From assembly GCA_964646295.1 (NCBI GenBank), contig CAZYED010000001.1:22527-50791 (forward strand): a DNA stretch of 28,265 nt, read 5' to 3'. Below the pieces are notes generated by a model. It saw nothing but the letters and a program-made list of their open reading frames with translations, was not told the origin of the DNA and searched no databases. Made by a program: the position numbers and the translations under genes. This document shows positions 24,909 to 28,265 of the stretch, piece by piece (the stretch's first letter is position 1; every line of letters starts with the position of its first letter). Origin of the DNA: an uncultured Candidatus Saccharibacteria bacterium. GTDB lineage: Bacteria > Patescibacteriota > Minisyncoccia > Sungbacterales > HO2-52-23.

Positions 24909-26075
24909 ATGGGTATACCCCTTAAGCTTTATGATCCCAAATGGGATAGTAAGCTTGCGAAGACTATTATTGAACTGGAAAAACTTAGAATCAAAAAGCT
25001 TGAGGGTCCAGTTCCTCCGTATATATTCTTTCAATTGAAAGATATTTTCCAGATGTTCGAAAGTCTAGGATCTGCACGAATTGAAGGAAACCGTACAACA
25101 CTATCCGAATTCGTTGAGAGAATAATTGAGAATCCCTCTAAAGATGCAAAGGACGAGAGGATGCAGGAAATTTTCAATATAGAAAGGGCCATTGAGTTCA
25201 TTGAGAAAAATATTAAGAAAACCACCCAATTTGATAGAGCTCTCATTTCAGAGATTCATAGGATCATTGTAGAAGGGCTTACTCCGCCTCCTACTGGTGA
25301 AGGATCAAGATACCCTGGAGAGTTTAGGCCGATTAACGTTTCAATCCAGCATTCAGGACACGTTCCGCCGGATCATATAAAAGTACCCGAGTACGTCGAG
25401 GAACTATTGAGTTTTGTAAATAAGTCTATCGATACCCAGTATCATCTGTTAGCCATCGCGTTGTCTCATCATCGTATGGCGTGGATCCATCCGTTTGATA
25501 ACGGCAACGGTAGAATGGTGCGGATGTTTACGTATGCACTTTTAATTAAGCAGGGCTTTCAGGTCAAAACCGGAAGGATATTGAATCCAACGGCCATATT
25601 CTGCATGGATCGGAATAAGTATTATGATATGCTTTCTCTTGCTGATTCGGGTAATGAGGATAAGGTGCTTGAATGGTGCCTCTATGTTCTTGAGGGACTA
25701 CGTTCCGAGATAGAAAAGATCGATAGGTTGCTTGATTTGGGATATACCGTTAATACGGTCTTACTTCCGATGCTTTCCTATGCCTTTGAACGTAAACATA
25801 TCACGAAGCGTGAACATGATATCCTTGCCGCAATTGTGAAGGGTAGAGACATGAGTACGAGATCTGCTAATTTGAAATCAGCGATAGGTAGCGAATCTCC
25901 CGTCCAAAAGTCACGGATACTCAAGAGATTAAGAGACAAACGGATGCTTATTCCACTTAAGGAAAAAGGCAGAGTTTATACGATAGGGTTTGCTAATAAT
26001 TATCTATTGCGAGGTATCGCGCATGTTTTGGAGCAAAATGGATTTGTGCCAGCATCTTTAAATAAGAGGAGCTAA
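24909..26075 (+). CDS. Fic family protein with N-terminal inhibitory motif and C-terminal winged helix
   Basis: HPFDNGNGRMVR Fic motif and SARIEG (S/T)xxxE(G/N) inhibitory motif; AT-rich. ATG 24909 is preferred over TTG 24876. Confidence 0.9.
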   Translation: MGIPLKLYDPKWDSKLAKTIIELEKLRIKKLEGPVPPYIFFQLKDIFQMFESLGSARIEGNRTTLSEFVERIIENPSKDAKDERMQEIFNIERAIEFIEKNIKKTTQFDRALISEIHRIIVEGLTPPPTGEGSRYPGEFRPINVSIQHSGHVPPDHIKVPEYVEELLSFVNKSIDTQYHLLAIALSHHRMAWIHPFDNGNGRMVRMFTYALLIKQGFQVKTGRILNPTAIFCMDRNKYYDMLSLADSGNEDKVLEWCLYVLEGLRSEIEKIDRLLDLGYTVNTVLLPMLSYAFERKHITKREHDILAAIVKGRDMSTRSANLKSAIGSESPVQKSRILKRLRDKRMLIPLKEKGRVYTIGFANNYLLRGIAHVLEQNGFVPASLNKRS

Positions 26076-26089
26076 TATTTTTAAGAACC

Positions 26090-26281
26090 ATGAATTATAT
26101 GGAGAACTGCAAAAAGTGCGGGAGTGGAAATATTATCTTGGTGGAGTATGCGCCGGGATCACCCGAGCGGTACGACGGCATTAGCGAGATCAAATGTAAC
26201 GATTGCGGGGTTCGGATCGGTCGATGGTCAGGTAAAGAACTCGCCGATGGAGAAATTGAAAAACGATACGGAGGCAGATAA
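26090..26281 (+). CDS. Small zinc-ribbon protein
   Basis: CKKC...CNDC in 63 aa. Confidence 0.6.
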   Translation: MNYMENCKKCGSGNIILVEYAPGSPERYDGISEIKCNDCGVRIGRWSGKELADGEIEKRYGGR

Positions 26282-26328
26282 TTCCTTATGAGCGAAACCG
26301 AGATATAGGTGTACATTTTGAACATCTC

Positions 26329-26442
26329 AAATCCATCGCCATCGCAGGCATCAAAAAGCTCTACTACTCAAAAGAATACTCCCTTCTAGACGCCGAAGAC
26401 ATGCTGAAGGTATACGGTGTTAAGATTGCAATAGTGAGATGA
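26329..26442 (+). pseudogene. Second copy of the deaminase 3' end
   Basis: KSIAIAGIKKLYYSKEYSLLDAEDMLKVYGVKIAIVR* versus the copy starting at 24595; 90/111 nt identical over 37 codons. Confidence 0.88.
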
Positions 26443-27215
26443 CGGATATTATGAAAGAAATTCCTAAAACAAGAAAAGATCTCTTAGAATTCTTAATGGC
26501 AGAAGAAGATGATGCAAAAAACCTTCGTGACAAAATCAATAGTGATCTTGGTGAGAAAAGAATTGACATAATAAGGGAGAAGAGAGTGTTCTTTCAAAAT
26601 ATTGCGATTACTTCGGCAACTCTTTTGGGTTTGACAACTGCATTTTCGTCAATAAATCCAGTAGCCATCTCCCGTTACCTACATGTCGGTTTAGGATTTC
26701 TCCTATGGGTAATCTGTATGGTGGTTATGTATATAAGAGATATTTTGGATCGGGACTCAGAGGGATTAGTTTCCTCACAGGATCGTTATATAAGTGTGCT
26801 CCAAGACAAGATGAAAGTTATCGAGCGATATGTTGATATATGTTTACAAGAAGGAGATGATAGTGTTGTGGAGAGTTCACTTCCGGCATATTTTGAAGAA
26901 CTAAAATCACCGTCTTCAGCTCAGGAAATTATAAAACAGAATAAGCAGATAAATCAGGAGCGTGAGTTACGAGTAGAAGGGAAAGCGGAGATGGAATTTT
27001 ATGGAGAATTCATAACTTTCTTCTTTATTTTAGGAGTATTCTTTGTTCTAATTGCGATTATCGGAAAACGGTGGGAGCTGCCCTACTTAATAGTAGCTGT
27101 ATTGGGGATATTCCTCTTTATATTTACAGAGTTTTTATCGCGTCTTTGGAAACATGTTTTTAAGATACTGACTTTTTTGAGAAGAGATATTGGCAAGGTA
27201 AATAAAGGCAAGTAA
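26439..27215 (+). CDS. Hypothetical membrane protein (about 4 TM, AT-rich)
   Basis: 258-aa ORF with two pairs of hydrophobic helices; ATGA overlap with the stop of the duplicated deaminase end. Confidence 0.7.
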   Translation: MTDIMKEIPKTRKDLLEFLMAEEDDAKNLRDKINSDLGEKRIDIIREKRVFFQNIAITSATLLGLTTAFSSINPVAISRYLHVGLGFLLWVICMVVMYIRDILDRDSEGLVSSQDRYISVLQDKMKVIERYVDICLQEGDDSVVESSLPAYFEELKSPSSAQEIIKQNKQINQERELRVEGKAEMEFYGEFITFFFILGVFFVLIAIIGKRWELPYLIVAVLGIFLFIFTEFLSRLWKHVFKILTFLRRDIGKVNKGK

Positions 27216-27261
27216 GTTCTTATGTGGGATGTCTGAAGTCCAAACTTCAAACATAATTTAA

Positions 27262-27290
27262 ACCAGTCAGGTGCGGGGCGCCTGACTGGT
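27262..27290 (-). terminator. Terminator hairpin between convergent genes
   Basis: 13-bp stem ACCAGTCAGGTGC/GCGCCTGACTGGT, followed by TTT on the minus strand. Confidence 0.6.
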
Positions 27291-27318
27291 GATGGGGTTT
27301 GGGCGGATTCGCGGTGCG

Positions 27319-27759
27319 TTATACCGGAAAGAATTGACCTCGGAGAAATGCCATTTCTGTTACGATTTCTTCCGGAGAAAGATTCTTGAAAAGTGCATCT
27401 TCAAGGCATTGTGCTTCTGTGTACAAGAGATCATTGAGTTTTCGCGGGAGTATGTGCCAGTGGAGGTGATTCACTTTGAGATCGCTCTCACCGAGAAACG
27501 GTCTCCAGTGCTGGCGTACGTCGCATCCCGTGCCGATGCTGAGTTTTACGATTCGCTCCTGAAACATGAGCACGGTATCAAACAGCTCATGACACTCATC
27601 CGGGTCCATCTGTTACGGCTCCTCCACATGGCGCTCCGGAATGGCCAGGAGATGATACGGCACCAGTTGGGGATTGCTCTGCATGACGTAAACCCGTGCT
27701 CCTCTCCACAGTACTCCCTGCCGCTCCTGATCAATGTTGCAAAATGGGCATAAAGACAT
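27319..27759 (-). pseudogene. HIT family hydrolase interrupted by an in-frame TAA
   Basis: MSLCPFC start with SD GGAGG, H.L.IP.RHV, then TAA at 27615-27613, then an in-frame HLHWHILPR histidine triad. Confidence 0.8.
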
Positions 27760-27851
27760 CCCCTGCCTCCAAGAGTATAAGGTTTTGTGCTGGCCGTACA
27801 GTATCAGAAAAGACCGATGGCGTCCATTTTCGCAAGGCGCATGAGTTGCTG

Positions 27852-27880
27852 TTGACAAGCATATTTTGAGGATATATCAT
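27852..27880 (+). promoter_or_regulatory. Predicted sigma70 promoter upstream of the riboswitch
   Basis: TTGACA-17 bp-TATCAT. Confidence 0.7.
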
Positions 27881-27897
27881 CTTAATACTTGAAAATC

Positions 27898-27990
27898 TAT
27901 GTGGTTATGAAGTGAAGCGGGTGAGAATCCCGCACTGTCGCGCAACGGTGTGTCCCGAGAAGTTCTCGGACAAGTCCGAGCCTTTATATG
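27898..27990 (+). promoter_or_regulatory. Cobalamin riboswitch-like aptamer (compact)
   Basis: GAA-GCGGG-TGAGAAT-CCCGC-ACTGT-CGCGCA-ACGGT core, a short P6-like stem TGTCCCGAGA/TCTCGGACA, and AAGTCCGAGCC matching the B12-box junction. Confidence 0.72.
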
Positions 27991-28052
27991 CGAAGTCGCA
28001 TGACTTCCCACATCGTCCGCGTAAGACAAACGGCTGTTTTCGGCCCCCTCTG

Positions 28053-28078
28053 ACTTATGCAGGACGCATAGGTTTTTT
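28053..28078 (+). terminator. Intrinsic terminator in the riboswitch expression platform
   Basis: CTTATGC-AGGAC-GCATAGG stem followed by TTTTTT. Confidence 0.6.
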
Positions 28079-28113
28079 ATTTGTCGGTCTTTTATAATGA
28101 GAGGAGTAATGCT

Positions 28114-28265
28114 GTGCTTGAAGTAGAACGCTATAGGATCAGAACGGTACGTGAAGCTCGCAAAGAGGGATATAAGCAGAGGCCTGAATTTCTCACGCAT
28201 CCGCTTGCGCGAGATCGGCTGGAGGAGACGATGCTCCGCATGGAGCGCAAGCTTGCCGACCTGTT
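28114..28265 (+). CDS. Hypothetical protein, 5' part (runs off the window)
   Basis: GTG start 7 nt after SD AGGAG; open to the window end (MLEVERYRIRTVREARKEG...). Not listed in the ORF track. Confidence 0.55.
   Translation, partial: MLEVERYRIRTVREARKEGYKQRPEFLTHPLARDRLEETMLRMERKLADL

Noticed and set aside
1-28265. Alternative genetic code (UGA=Gly) as in some CPR lineages
   Set aside because: Recognisable genes end properly at TGA (e.g. the antitoxin, toxin, HAD and deaminase) and show no internal TGA.

Overview
Core-genome stretch of a GC-rich bacterium whose gene content and repeat style suggest CPR/Parcubacteria (inference). It carries four aminoacyl-tRNA synthetases (ileS partial, glyQS, metG, leuS), recO, an M16 peptidase, an AI-2E permease, tatD, tsaC, a GNAT, a HAD, a cytidylyltransferase and a deaminase. 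The main accessory element is a ~4.9 kb type V CRISPR module between glyQS and a second copy of the glyQS 3' end. It comprises (i) a 26-repeat array (6148-7728) in which no two repeats are identical, (ii) a predicted minus-strand tracrRNA with its own sigma70 promoter, and (iii) an 857-aa CasX/Cas12e-like effector whose RuvC-I catalytic Asp is Asn (GINRGE). No cas1/2/4, integrase or transposase is present in the window. Repeat substitutions largely preserve pairing to the single anti-repeat through G-U wobble, so the degenerate array looks selected rather than decayed. A second cargo island (Fic plus a Zn-ribbon protein) is likewise bracketed by a duplicated gene 3' end. Other oddities are a serine-hydrolase domain inside LeuRS, in-frame heptamer and palindromic repeats in housekeeping genes, a cobalamin-type riboswitch before an unrecognised ORF, a RelBE-like pair and a HIT gene with an in-frame stop. 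All analysis was by eye; no database searches were run.
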